Origin: Candidatus Bathyarchaeota archaeon
Lineage (GTDB): Archaea; Thermoproteota; Bathyarchaeia; Bathyarchaeales; DTEX01
DNA length: 64,000 nucleotides
Assembly (NCBI GenBank): GCA_018396995.1
Contig: JAGTQB010000008.1
Span: 132-64,131 of the forward strand
Direction: 5' to 3'
The notes below the pieces were generated by a model. The model was not told the origin of the DNA. It saw only the letters and a list, made by a program, of their open reading frames with translations, and did not search any database. This document shows, in pieces, positions 45,862-54,852 of the stretch. Every line of letters starts with the position of its first letter. Positions within the stretch are counted from its first letter, which is position 1. The position numbers and the translations under genes were made by a program.

Positions 45862-45926
45862 GGGTGATGACGAATCTGACCCTTCTGAGATTAAGGTCAG
45901 TGATGTAGATCTTGAGTGCTGAGCCC
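45862..45926 (+). ncRNA. C/D box sRNA (2'-O-methylation guide)
   Basis: GGG-[GTGATGA C box 45864-45870]-14 nt-[CTGA D' 45885-45888]-11 nt-[GTGATGT C' 45900-45906]-12 nt-[CTGA D 45919-45922]-GCCC, then a TTTT run. GGG/CCC closing stem. Lies in a 370-nt gap between divergent genes. Confidence 0.7.
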
Positions 45927-45957
45927 TTTTAAAGGTATTTATATTCCGGTGAAGACT

Positions 45958-46098
45958 ATGAGGGATAATAGAAAGCATAACGCCATCGTGATCATAGGTT
46001 GCAGAAGAGACCAGGTTTTGGAGATCATTGAGCATATAAAATCTAAGTTCCCGGATGTTGAGGTCAGCTATGAGGTTCTTCATGAGGAGATTCCTTAA
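45958..46098 (+). CDS. possible small protein (46 aa)
   Basis: An ATG preceded by GGTGAAG Shine-Dalgarno. Product MRDNRKHNAIVIIGCRRDQVLEIIEHIKSKFPDVEVSYEVLHEEIP. The longer track ORF (45916) would start inside the C/D sRNA. No family recognised. Confidence 0.3.
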   Translation: MRDNRKHNAIVIIGCRRDQVLEIIEHIKSKFPDVEVSYEVLHEEIP

Positions 46099-46150
46099 GA
46101 TAATCGCATACAACTAAAACTTTATTATACTTTGTTGTTTGGTTCATTTA

Positions 46151-47152
46151 ATGGCGAGTATCAGGATGCAATCTCATGGAGAGGTAGTTGTTTTACCAAT
46201 AGCCTTTGAGAGTTTTGGAGTTAGGTCCATGTGCACCTATATAGAGACCCCGGACATCAAAATATTGCTAGATGCCGGCGTCTCACTCGCCCCCAACCGC
46301 TATGGTCTCCCACCACATCCACGCGAGTATATTGCACTCAGAGATAGACGTGAAGAAATAATTAAGTTTGCTGAGAAGTCTGATGTTATAACCGTCAGCC
46401 ACTACCATTTTGATCATTATACGCCTTCGTACACCGACTGGGCATATAATTGGTGTTCTGCCGAAATAGCTGAGAAGATGTATGGGGGGAAGACTGTCTT
46501 AGCGAAGAGCTTTAAGGAATATGTGAACTTCAGCCAGAGAAGGCGTGGGTGGTTGTTCGCTAAAACCAGTGGAAGATACGCTAAAAAACTTGAAATAGCT
46601 GATGAAAGAACATTTATTTTCGGCGACACAAAAATATCCTTCTCAAAACCAGTCTTCCACGGACCAGAGGATTCAGATTTAGGATGGGTTTTAATCACTG
46701 TAATAAGATGTAAAAACGAAAGTGTACTTTTTGCACCTGACGTCCAAGGACCGATTTCCCAGGAGACATTGAATGCAGTTATTGGAGAGAAGCCTCAGCT
46801 AGCTATAATAGGTGGTCCACCAACATACCTTGCAGACTTCAGAATGAGGATGGAGGATATAAATACAGCTTTAGAGAACCTGAAGATAATCGTTAGGCAT
46901 ATACCCACGATTATACTCGACCACCATATTTTAAGGGATGAGAATTGGGAGAGCATTGTTAGGCCCATAGCTGAGTATGCATTAAGTATTGGCCATAGAA
47001 TTTTTACGGCAGCGGAATTTTTGGGCTGCGAGAACCGCATCCTTGAAGCTCATAGAAAGAGACTTTACTCTGAGGAGCCGCCGCCGGAAGATTTTTTAAA
47101 GTGGACTAAGATGCCATCTGAAAAAAGGAAGCTTACTCCACCACCAGTTTAG
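46151..47152 (+). CDS. UPF0282-type metallo-beta-lactamase-fold protein
   Basis: FESFGVRSMCTYIETPDIKILLDAGVSLAP and SHYHFDH (MBL HxHxDH-like). ATG 46151 is preferred over TTG 46139. Confidence 0.65.
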   Translation: MASIRMQSHGEVVVLPIAFESFGVRSMCTYIETPDIKILLDAGVSLAPNRYGLPPHPREYIALRDRREEIIKFAEKSDVITVSHYHFDHYTPSYTDWAYNWCSAEIAEKMYGGKTVLAKSFKEYVNFSQRRRGWLFAKTSGRYAKKLEIADERTFIFGDTKISFSKPVFHGPEDSDLGWVLITVIRCKNESVLFAPDVQGPISQETLNAVIGEKPQLAIIGGPPTYLADFRMRMEDINTALENLKIIVRHIPTIILDHHILRDENWESIVRPIAEYALSIGHRIFTAAEFLGCENRILEAHRKRLYSEEPPPEDFLKWTKMPSEKRKLTPPPV

Positions 47153-47230
47153 AATACAAAAATAAGCTGCAAAATATATTAAAATATTGGTGGGGGGTAA
47201 AGTCTCTTACTTTATAGGCGGGGCTCTTTA

Positions 47231-48625
47231 ATGGTTGAGGATTTACTCAGATTCATCGTTGAGAGAGGGCTTGCCCTAGGAGCTAACTTCTGTGAAGCAA
47301 GATACTTTGAGGAGAGATCAAACAGTATAACTGTTGAGAATGGTATTGCTAAGGCAATGTCCTCTGGAATATTGAGAGGTATAGGCGTAAGAGTTATAGT
47401 TAATGGACATTGGGGCTTCGCATCCACAAACCTATTAACCAAAAAGGATGCTGAGAAAACTTTGAGGGACGCTTTAAGTGGGGCTAAGTCGATAGCAGCA
47501 TATGCTGGCGAGGAGGCAAAAATATTACATATTGAACCATCAAATGACAGAGTATTTCATAGGGTAAAGATCAGCCCCGAGGAGGTTGATCCAGAGTATA
47601 AAATTAGGAGGATCCTTGAGATCGAGAAACCCGCAATGGAGTTCAGTGATAGAATTAAGGATACACTTATTAATTACAGGGATGTCGTCACCAGAGTGTT
47701 TCTGCATAACTCCATTGGGACACTAGTTGAGGAGATCACCCCTAGAACGATAATATCATGTAGGGTTATAGCTAAGGAGGGAGAACTCATGCAAAGCGGG
47801 CATGAAGTCTTGGGGAATGTTGTTGGATACGAGTTGATTGAGGAGATAAGACCTGAGGATTTCTCCATAAAGGCTGCGAGGAAAGCTGTTAGTTTATTAG
47901 AAGCCAAAGCTCCTCCGAGGGGTAGGTTTAGCGTCGTCGCTGATCCGGAGGTGGGCGGCTTATTCGTCCACGAGGCTATTGGACATAACAGCGAAGGAGA
48001 CCTCGTTTACAGCGGTCAATCAATAATAGCCGACAAGATTGGGCAAAAAATCGCCAGCGAGCTCGTCACCGTGATTGATGATCCAACTATGCGGGGCTAT
48101 GGGAGCTTCACCTATGATCATGAGGGGGTTAAGGCTAGACAGCATGTGATTGTGAAGAATGGAATTTTAGTTAGATTCCTGCATTCACTTGAGTCCGCCG
48201 CTAAGCTTGGAGGAGTTCCAGAGGGGAGTGCAAGGGCCCAATCACACAACTACCCGCCATTGGTGCGCATGTCTAACATATATCTGGCGCCGGGAGACAT
48301 GACCTTAGAAGAGATTCTAGAAGAAATTGATTATGGTCTCTATCTTTCTGGTTCAGAGTATGGATACGTTGAGACGGAGAAGGGTCAATTTACATGTAAG
48401 GTTGAGGAGGCCTGGCTAATTGAAAAGGGGGAGCTAACCGAGCATTTAAGGGACGTCGCGATAAGCGGGTCAATACTTGAGATCTTAAAGAATATAAAGG
48501 CTGTTGGAAGGGATCTGCGCTTAAAGATGCCTGGAATGTGCGGTAAATCTGGGCAGAGCGTATATGTTGATGGGGGTGCACCACATTTTAGGATTGATGG
48601 CGTCATTGTTGGTGGGAGAAAGTGA
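47231..48625 (+). CDS. tldD: TldD family (peptidase U62) protein
   Basis: HEAIGHNSEGD metal motif and the typical length (464 aa). Paired with a PmbA-like gene. Confidence 0.85.
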   Translation: MVEDLLRFIVERGLALGANFCEARYFEERSNSITVENGIAKAMSSGILRGIGVRVIVNGHWGFASTNLLTKKDAEKTLRDALSGAKSIAAYAGEEAKILHIEPSNDRVFHRVKISPEEVDPEYKIRRILEIEKPAMEFSDRIKDTLINYRDVVTRVFLHNSIGTLVEEITPRTIISCRVIAKEGELMQSGHEVLGNVVGYELIEEIRPEDFSIKAARKAVSLLEAKAPPRGRFSVVADPEVGGLFVHEAIGHNSEGDLVYSGQSIIADKIGQKIASELVTVIDDPTMRGYGSFTYDHEGVKARQHVIVKNGILVRFLHSLESAAKLGGVPEGSARAQSHNYPPLVRMSNIYLAPGDMTLEEILEEIDYGLYLSGSEYGYVETEKGQFTCKVEEAWLIEKGELTEHLRDVAISGSILEILKNIKAVGRDLRLKMPGMCGKSGQSVYVDGGAPHFRIDGVIVGGRK

Positions 48626-48631
48626 CCTGGC

Positions 48632-49975
48632 ATGGTAGGCATAGATCTCTACACACCGGTTGAGAAGGCGATGCGGGTTCTCCGTACACTAGATGTAGAC
48701 TTCTATGATGTTGCGGCAACATATTCTAGATCAATAAGCATAAGCATATTCGGCAGGGGGATTAGGGAGGCTATATCGAAGGTTGATATTGGACTGGGCG
48801 TAAGAGCTTTTAAGAATAAGGGTTTAGGCGTAGCCTACACACAGAGCTTAGATGAGAGCGATATTGAGGAGACTGTTAGAAGAGCCGTTAAGTACGCTAG
48901 AGCTGCTCAACCAGATCCATACTTTAAGGGCATTCCTGGACCATCAAGGGCGCAGAGGGTCCCGGAGCTATGTGATAAAGAAATAGTTGACCTAACCATT
49001 GAGGAGACAATTAAGATCCCTAGGAATATGATTGATGCTTGTGAATGTGTGCGTAGGGGTGGAATGTATCGTGGGGGTTTCAGCGCAAACTATACAAAGT
49101 ACTCCCTAATGACTTCAACCGGAGTTGACATTGAAGAGGAGAAAACAGCTGTTTCAGCTTCTATACAACCAGTATATAGAGAGGGAGACGATGTCGGTAG
49201 CTCTCACGAGTTCGATTATGGCGTGCGCCTATCTGATATAGATCCATACTGGATTGGGCGGAGGGCTGCCGAGAAAGCCATAGAACAATTTGGCTCCAAA
49301 AGAATCAAGAGCTGTATGCTCCCGCTAATACTCTCCCCAGAAGCCTCCAGCACGCTCTTCATGAGCCTACTCTTAGCCCTATCGGGCGAGAGGGCGGTTA
49401 AGGGGAGAACATTCGCATCAAATCTCATTGGAAAGCGAATAACGCAAGAAAACCTTGAGGTAAACGATGATGGAACTATTCCGGGGGCTATTGCCAGCAG
49501 CACATATGATGGAGAAGGCGTCCCTAGAAGACCAGTGAAGGTTATTAAGGATGGTATAGTATTAACTTTTCTGCATAACTCCTATTCCGCTGGGATTATA
49601 AACGTAGAGTCTACTGGACACGCCATTAGAGATGGCTATAGAGGTCACGTTGACGCCGGACCGAGCAATGTTAAGGTTAATCCAGGCGATAGCACGCTTG
49701 AAGAAATCCTCCATGAAACCAAGAGAGGAATATTGGTTGTCAACGCATCATTTTCACCAAACATTGTTTCAGGCGAACTTTCAACGACTATAGATGAGGG
49801 CTTCCTAATAGAGAGGGGGGAGAAAGTCTTTCCCATAAAGAACCTAATGGTCGGCGGGCATATACTCGACCTCTATAAAAATATTGACATGATATCTAAG
49901 GAGGGGAGAATCTTCGGCGGAGGACACTTCTTTCCATCCATAAGAATTAAAGAAGCTAGGCTCTCTGGCGAGTAA
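48632..49975 (+). CDS. pmbA: PmbA/TldE family (peptidase U62) protein
   Basis: 447 aa. Homologous architecture to the preceding TldD but without the HExxH-like metal motif. Classical TldD/PmbA pair. Confidence 0.8.
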   Translation: MVGIDLYTPVEKAMRVLRTLDVDFYDVAATYSRSISISIFGRGIREAISKVDIGLGVRAFKNKGLGVAYTQSLDESDIEETVRRAVKYARAAQPDPYFKGIPGPSRAQRVPELCDKEIVDLTIEETIKIPRNMIDACECVRRGGMYRGGFSANYTKYSLMTSTGVDIEEEKTAVSASIQPVYREGDDVGSSHEFDYGVRLSDIDPYWIGRRAAEKAIEQFGSKRIKSCMLPLILSPEASSTLFMSLLLALSGERAVKGRTFASNLIGKRITQENLEVNDDGTIPGAIASSTYDGEGVPRRPVKVIKDGIVLTFLHNSYSAGIINVESTGHAIRDGYRGHVDAGPSNVKVNPGDSTLEEILHETKRGILVVNASFSPNIVSGELSTTIDEGFLIERGEKVFPIKNLMVGGHILDLYKNIDMISKEGRIFGGGHFFPSIRIKEARLSGE

Positions 49976-50039
49976 AGAGACTATTATGAAGCCTAGCAGT
50001 TAAGCACATTTCTCAACGGTTTTGTTAGACCCTACCTTG

Positions 50040-50383
50040 CATCACATAGTACCAGTATAGTAGCACTAGAGAACCCGAGCGTGGTTGGCTATTTAAGACA
50101 TTACTGGATTAGAAACGGTGAAAGAAGAAGCGAGAACTACAACTACAGAGTGTCAGTATTCAGGAGCTCAGTAATCGAGATGATCACCTTAAAAGCGCCT
50201 CTCTACGGTCTAAAGCCGGTACATGTAGACCCTAGGGGGACCTCCAGCTCGCAGGAGCATTGCTTCCTGATGGAGAGGTACGGTCTGGATAAGCACACAG
50301 CGTCAGCGTACCTCATAGCACTCAGATACGTTCAAGACGGAAAGACAATGAACAATTACAAAACATGTAAACAACCCGAATAA
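50040..50383 (+). pseudogene. remnant of a TnpB (IS200/IS605 OrfB) C-terminal RuvC-like region
   Basis: IVALENPS.. (IxLExL-like), VHVDPRGTSSS (VDPxxTS) and DKHTASAYLIALRY (DxDxNAAxNI-like). The zinc-finger cysteines and the whole N-terminal half are missing. Confidence 0.5.
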
Positions 50384-50421
50384 ACATCAAAAAGAAAACA
50401 GCCCATTAATGATTTAAGGGG

Positions 50422-50499
50422 TGGTGGGCCCGACCGGACTCGAACCGGCGACCCGCGGGTTATGAGCCCGCCGCTCTAACCTAGCTGAGCTACGGGCCC
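50422..50499 (-). tRNA. tRNA with CAT anticodon (elongator Met or Ile2), CCA encoded
   Basis: The reverse complement GGGCCCGTAGCTCAGCTAGGTTAGAGCGGCGGGCTCATAACCCGCGGGTCGCCGGTTCGAGTCCGGTCGGGCCCACCA folds as a canonical cloverleaf. G1:C72, so it is not an initiator. Confidence 0.9.
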
Positions 50500-50632
50500 A
50501 ACAAAGCACACCAAAAATATTTTGTAGATAACATCCTATTTAAGAATATTGCTTCAAACGTCAATTGTAAATTAAAAACTTAAATATTTCGTAGGGATTC
50601 AAATTTAATGGCGCCGCTGGTCAATATGTTGA

Positions 50633-50742
50633 GCCGCCGTAGCTCAGTTAGGTAGAGCAGCGGGCTCCTGAGATAATATCAACTCAGGGGGCTGATGCTG
50701 TTAACCCGTTGGTCGACGGTTCGAGTCCGTCCGGCGGCGCCA
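50633..50742 (+). tRNA. tRNA-Asn (GTT) with 33-nt non-canonical BHB intron at position 30/31, CCA encoded
   Basis: Acceptor GCCGCCG/CGGCGGC and T arm GACGG-TTCGAGT-CCGTC. After removing 50664-50696 the anticodon arm is GCGGG-CTGTTAA-CCCGT. Confidence 0.85.
50664..50696 (+). other. BHB intron of tRNA-Asn
   Basis: Central helix 50658-50661 CAGC / 50691-50694 GCTG. Bulges 50662-50664 (GGG) and 50695-50697 (ATG). Inner helix 50665-50672 / 50683-50690. Cutting after the second bulge nucleotide gives a 33-nt intron, exactly the excess length of the gene. Confidence 0.8.
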
Positions 50743-50762
50743 CAACTAAACCGGCGACATTC

Positions 50763-51041
50763 CTATTTCCTTTTTCGGAAAAATATTAGTCCATCTCGCT
50801 GAAAGACGTATTCAAAGCCAGCCTCTATCAATTCTTTCGCCTCTTTAGGCGTCTTTGCGATTTTGCAGATAAATTCTTGATCTTCTTTGAATTCTATGAG
50901 CTGCGTGTATTTTAAAGTGTTTTTTATGTTTTTATGGCCGAGAACCTGCATAACGTATAAGATATCTTTTGTCTTAGCGTACTCCATTGTCGCCTTCCAG
51001 TGGCGGAGCGTGTGGAAGCCTATTTGAAAACTTTGGATCAC
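50763..51041 (-). pseudogene. C-terminal fragment of a tyrosine recombinase (XerC/D-like phage or plasmid integrase)
   Basis: HTLRHWKAT (HxxR) and VLGHKNIKNTLKYTQL (His...Tyr nucleophile). Only about 92 aa remain. It lies directly 3' of tRNA-Asn. Confidence 0.7.
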
Positions 51042-51045
51042 GTAA

Positions 51046-51250
51046 TCAAAGGAGGACTATTCCGGGCGGCTTATGCGGAGAACACATATAACCGAATTCT
51101 TTATCCATGGTCACTATAATTTTACCCTCCCTCCTCGCAATCTTAATTACTTCTTTGTACACTTTAAGCCCTATATTTTTGTCTAACAGGAGCTTAGGCT
51201 TCTGCAACTATTATTTCCTCGGGCTTCATGCCCTTGCCAAGAAGCCCCAA
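51046..51250 (-). pseudogene. decayed DUF433 (antitoxin-like) / DUF5615 (PIN-like toxin) pair
   Basis: Hand translation gives ..LGLLGKGMKPEEIIVAEA-stop (DUF433 C-terminus-like). It overlaps a 53-aa ORF 51046-51207, (M)QKPKLLLDKNIGLKVYKEVIKIARREGKIIVTMDKEFGYMCSPHKPPGIVLL (DUF5615-like with an internal deletion). Confidence 0.4.
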
Positions 51251-51328
51251 AAATTAAATCAAAGTCAACAGTTATCAATAGAGGTGTCTCCACAGGATAT
51301 TTTAAGTGGATTTTAGAAAATGTTATGA

Positions 51329-52648
51329 TTGTTTGTGAGTGTTGAGGCTGGTATGGAAATGGTTAATCTAGTTAGAAAAGATTATGAGAGACTTTTTAGG
51401 GAGCGTAAAGAGAGGCTTGAGAGCGTCTATCTCAATAAGATGCCTGATAGAGTTCCCTTTAGCTTCATTCCTTCTCTTTCATGGGTCGCTAGATATACTG
51501 GCTTTTCGAATGCCGACCTCTGCTTCAATAGTGAAGCGATGTCAAAGGCTAATATGAAGTTACTTTCAGACTTCAACGTTGATGGAATTGATACACCGAT
51601 TCTCGCGGGAGCCGCGCTTGACCTTTCTCTAATGACATTAGCCTTCATGGATTACCCAGATATGGCTACAAGCTTAAGTATGCTAACAGGTCCAATGCAT
51701 GACATCTTAAGAGATAGGTACACTAAGTGGCCTGGGAGAGAGCTTCCAGAGAACTCTGAACCACAGTTCATTGGCGGGAAATTCATGGAAGCTGAAGAAT
51801 ACAATAAGCTTGCTGAGAACCCCATAGGGTTTTTAAATGAAGTTGTTTTGCCCAGGGTGTTCGAGTCTCTTTCTAAGCCAGGCTCCTCGAGAGCTAACGC
51901 TACGTGGATTAGGCTTGGCATGGAGCTTCAAAGGCGTCAGGAGTGGCTCTTAAGGAGGAGCAATTTATTATCAAGTTATGGGTGGCCAACCTTTCCAACA
52001 ACTTTTGGCGTTAAACCCCTTGATTATATAAGCGACCACCTCAGACACCCAACAAACCTCATGATAGACCTCTATAGACGCCCTGATGAAGTGTTGAGGG
52101 CTACTGAGGTGATCACAGAATTGACAATTAAGCTCCTGAGGGAAATAATTCCCCCTCTCGTAAGGACAGCCCAAGATACCTTCAAGACAAAAGTTGTTAT
52201 AGTTGCATACCCACTCCACCTTAACTCGATGCTTTCACCGAAAATGTACAATGAATTTTATTGGCCAAGCCTAAAAAGAGTTTTGATCGAAACAATAAAC
52301 CTTGGAGCTATACCCTCCGTGTTCTTTGAGGGTGATCATACACCACATCTCGAAACAATACTTGAGCTCCCAAAGGGGAAGGTTTATGGAATGTTTGAGA
52401 AGACGGACTTAAGGGTCGTTAGAAAAGTCTTAGGCAACCACATTATTATAGGAGGTGGAATCCCAACATCAATATTCGCCTACGGGTCTAGGGAGAAGGT
52501 GTTCGAGGAAGTATGCAATCTTTTGAGAGATGTTAAAGAGCCTGGGGGCTTCATATTTACGGGCACAGGCGCGCCCTTGCCTCCAGAAACCAGAGTAGAA
52601 AATATATGGGCTGCTGTGGAAGCCGTTAAAAGATGCGGAATTTATTAG
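51329..52648 (+). CDS. uroporphyrinogen decarboxylase-fold protein (MtaA/CmuA-like corrinoid methyltransferase family)
   Basis: About 430 aa with URO-D-like features (DRVPFSF.., C-terminal GGFIFTGTGAPLPPET). The start is probably ATG 51353 or 51359. Confidence 0.55.
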   Translation: MFVSVEAGMEMVNLVRKDYERLFRERKERLESVYLNKMPDRVPFSFIPSLSWVARYTGFSNADLCFNSEAMSKANMKLLSDFNVDGIDTPILAGAALDLSLMTLAFMDYPDMATSLSMLTGPMHDILRDRYTKWPGRELPENSEPQFIGGKFMEAEEYNKLAENPIGFLNEVVLPRVFESLSKPGSSRANATWIRLGMELQRRQEWLLRRSNLLSSYGWPTFPTTFGVKPLDYISDHLRHPTNLMIDLYRRPDEVLRATEVITELTIKLLREIIPPLVRTAQDTFKTKVVIVAYPLHLNSMLSPKMYNEFYWPSLKRVLIETINLGAIPSVFFEGDHTPHLETILELPKGKVYGMFEKTDLRVVRKVLGNHIIIGGGIPTSIFAYGSREKVFEEVCNLLRDVKEPGGFIFTGTGAPLPPETRVENIWAAVEAVKRCGIY

Positions 52649-52675
52649 CCAAGATTTCGATGGGGCATTAAAATT

Positions 52676-54739
52676 TCACAGGAAGTCGCGTTTATTCCTT
52701 TTTTGACAAAAATATTCTATGTATGGGTCACACCAATGGCTCCAGTATTGGGCGTAATTCTTTACTGGGACTGGGTTAGATGAATACTCTTTTGTTGGAG
52801 AGGGGTTCTCTCCTATAGGTAGGCTGAATAACTCATTAACGTAACCTATCGCTCCCTCTGATACCATGTGATCCAGGTTATTGATGAGTATTCCATAGAT
52901 TTCCCTCTCCATACCCAACTCCTTCATTACCTCTATTAAGTATGGCGTATCCCTTGGCCATACCACGCTCCCATGATACTCTAAATCCCCTAAATAAGGT
53001 CTCCTTTCAACGTCCCTAACAAGTATCCCAAAAATTTCGTATCCATCATCCAACTTCACCATCTTCCTCCTAACAAGCAGCCGCTCTATGTCATCCCAAA
53101 GGGCTATAAGTCTCTTTCCATCATAGATTATTCCCCTTAGAGAAGCGACTGATACAACGCCCAGAGAACTTCTAGTGTAATCCCTTAAACCGCTTATTGG
53201 ATCAATAGTAATGGGAGGCAAAGCATCATCCCGCAGAAACCATCTCCTATAGCCATAAAGCAGCTCTGACCTAAACTCGTAAAGCTCCTTAGGAGGCTTC
53301 TCTCCAATCCTCTCAAGCACCTCTATCAACGTACATAAACACTCTATGAAAAGGGAATTCACCTCAACTAAAGCAAATTTATCCTTAGGCGAGACGGCTC
53401 CAACCCAGTTTAGAGGGAGCCTAGTCGGCCACAATACATTGTCAATGGGATAGAAAACATCCAGCCACGAGGAGTTCGCATCACATACTATTAACCCATC
53501 ATATAAATAGCATCCAGAAAAGCCACTTGGGCTCCTTAACCGCCTATACGCTTCAAGCATAATCTTCATAGACTCTCTCAATAAAATTCTTTCCCGGGTC
53601 CTTTCATAGAGCATTGCTACAACATTAATTAGTTGTGGAAAAGCATCACTTACATAATCGCCTACATCAACAAAAACCTTTAACCCATTATTCCGATATG
53701 CTGTTAGAATTAAATATCTTACTAAGTCGATAAACCACGCGGATGAGCCGAAAATTTCCGTATATGTTAGCATGTTCCACCTCAACCCTTCAAGAAGGTC
53801 CCTAGTCCATACCCTCCTAAACCACATAGATCCCGCTTCTGGTGCTAGCTTTGGACCTAATGGTACGCCAAAGCTGGCCAGTCTATCTACTCTAAGCAGA
53901 ATTGCATTTATTATTTGAGGAGATAGATTTGGAGAAGTCTCTTTCAAAGCAGAGTGGAGCCGCCTAAGAGCATACCTAACATTAAACTCAACTCTTTTCA
54001 CCCTAATTCCAGGCAAGGGAACTTTAATCTCCAACATTCCCTTTTCCGAAATTAAAGCTACTGGAGCTTGAACCTTCCCCACATGTTTAATAAAGAGCAC
54101 CCTTCCATTCTCAAGTCTTCTCCAACCATCATCAAGCTTGTATACCCATTCTAATGCCAAATCCAGCCTTTTAACAAAGTCAAATCCATTTATCCTCAGC
54201 ATTATTGGAGCAGCATTTGACCCTACAATTAATACACCGCGCTCCTCATGAACCCTGTGGCTAGGCTGCGCACCAGATTCAGCTTCTCTGATGTCAAGTA
54301 TTGGAAGAAATATTGAAGGTCTTTTTGCATGAGCAGAGAGAATAGCTTCACCTTCCCTGAAGTTTACCGATATTGTTACCACGTATTCTTTTAGATCCTC
54401 ATCAACATATATGTAATCAGCTGAGTCCCTCCGAGCAATAATGGAGAGCGGTTTTAGGTCCTCCGCATCTAAAGGGCGGTAATATAGTGCGTCTAAAACC
54501 CTATAGATCTTATTATTCACCGGACCAATCAAGAGACCCTGCCAAGGAAAATCTCTATTGCCACCATGCATCACGCCCAAATCAGTCATTATTGGCGCAT
54601 CAAAGCTTGATGTAGAGTATTCTATTATTCCATTTCTTATTAAGACATACTTGTTGCGGGCATAATCCCAATCCGAATCCTCTATAGTATCTATTTCACA
54701 GCAAACATCATAGTTATCTATGATACCAATTTTAACCAT
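52676..54739 (-). CDS. large glycogen-debranching-enzyme-like / (alpha/alpha)6-barrel glycoside hydrolase family protein
   Basis: 687 aa. N-terminal beta-rich region, then RRVWTRDLLEGL and GSVVWPRDTPYLIE, resembling GDE_C / GH15-type barrels. Confidence 0.45.
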   Translation of the reverse strand: MVKIGIIDNYDVCCEIDTIEDSDWDYARNKYVLIRNGIIEYSTSSFDAPIMTDLGVMHGGNRDFPWQGLLIGPVNNKIYRVLDALYYRPLDAEDLKPLSIIARRDSADYIYVDEDLKEYVVTISVNFREGEAILSAHAKRPSIFLPILDIREAESGAQPSHRVHEERGVLIVGSNAAPIMLRINGFDFVKRLDLALEWVYKLDDGWRRLENGRVLFIKHVGKVQAPVALISEKGMLEIKVPLPGIRVKRVEFNVRYALRRLHSALKETSPNLSPQIINAILLRVDRLASFGVPLGPKLAPEAGSMWFRRVWTRDLLEGLRWNMLTYTEIFGSSAWFIDLVRYLILTAYRNNGLKVFVDVGDYVSDAFPQLINVVAMLYERTRERILLRESMKIMLEAYRRLRSPSGFSGCYLYDGLIVCDANSSWLDVFYPIDNVLWPTRLPLNWVGAVSPKDKFALVEVNSLFIECLCTLIEVLERIGEKPPKELYEFRSELLYGYRRWFLRDDALPPITIDPISGLRDYTRSSLGVVSVASLRGIIYDGKRLIALWDDIERLLVRRKMVKLDDGYEIFGILVRDVERRPYLGDLEYHGSVVWPRDTPYLIEVMKELGMEREIYGILINNLDHMVSEGAIGYVNELFSLPIGENPSPTKEYSSNPVPVKNYAQYWSHWCDPYIEYFCQKRNKRDFL

Positions 54740-54852
54740 ACATTATAATACATTCTTATCAATGTTGATTAACATATTCTGTTTTCCGCAATATTTCACC
54801 CATTGATTTTCAGACATACATTTACTGTAGCAGCTAAACTTGATGCCACCCT

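Noticed and set aside
45832-46113. A 93-aa minus-strand ORF and the long form (GTG 45916) of the plus-strand 60-aa ORF.
   Set aside because: Both overlap the well-formed C/D box sRNA. The minus-strand product is low complexity. Only the shorter plus-strand ORF from ATG 45958, which has a Shine-Dalgarno, is kept, and only as a low-confidence feature.
50665-50704. Reading the tRNA at 50633-50742 as tRNA-Arg(CCT) with a canonical 37/38 intron.
   Set aside because: That model requires CTCC (50665-50668) to pair with the 4 nt preceding the 3' bulge (CTGT), and it does not. The 30/31 model has a perfect 4-bp central helix and correct 3-nt bulges.
51107-51316. A 69-aa plus-strand ORF in the integrase/TA remnant region.
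   Set aside because: The opposite strand carries recognisable (though decayed) DUF433/DUF5615-like reading frames. The plus-strand product is a hydrophobic low-complexity string.
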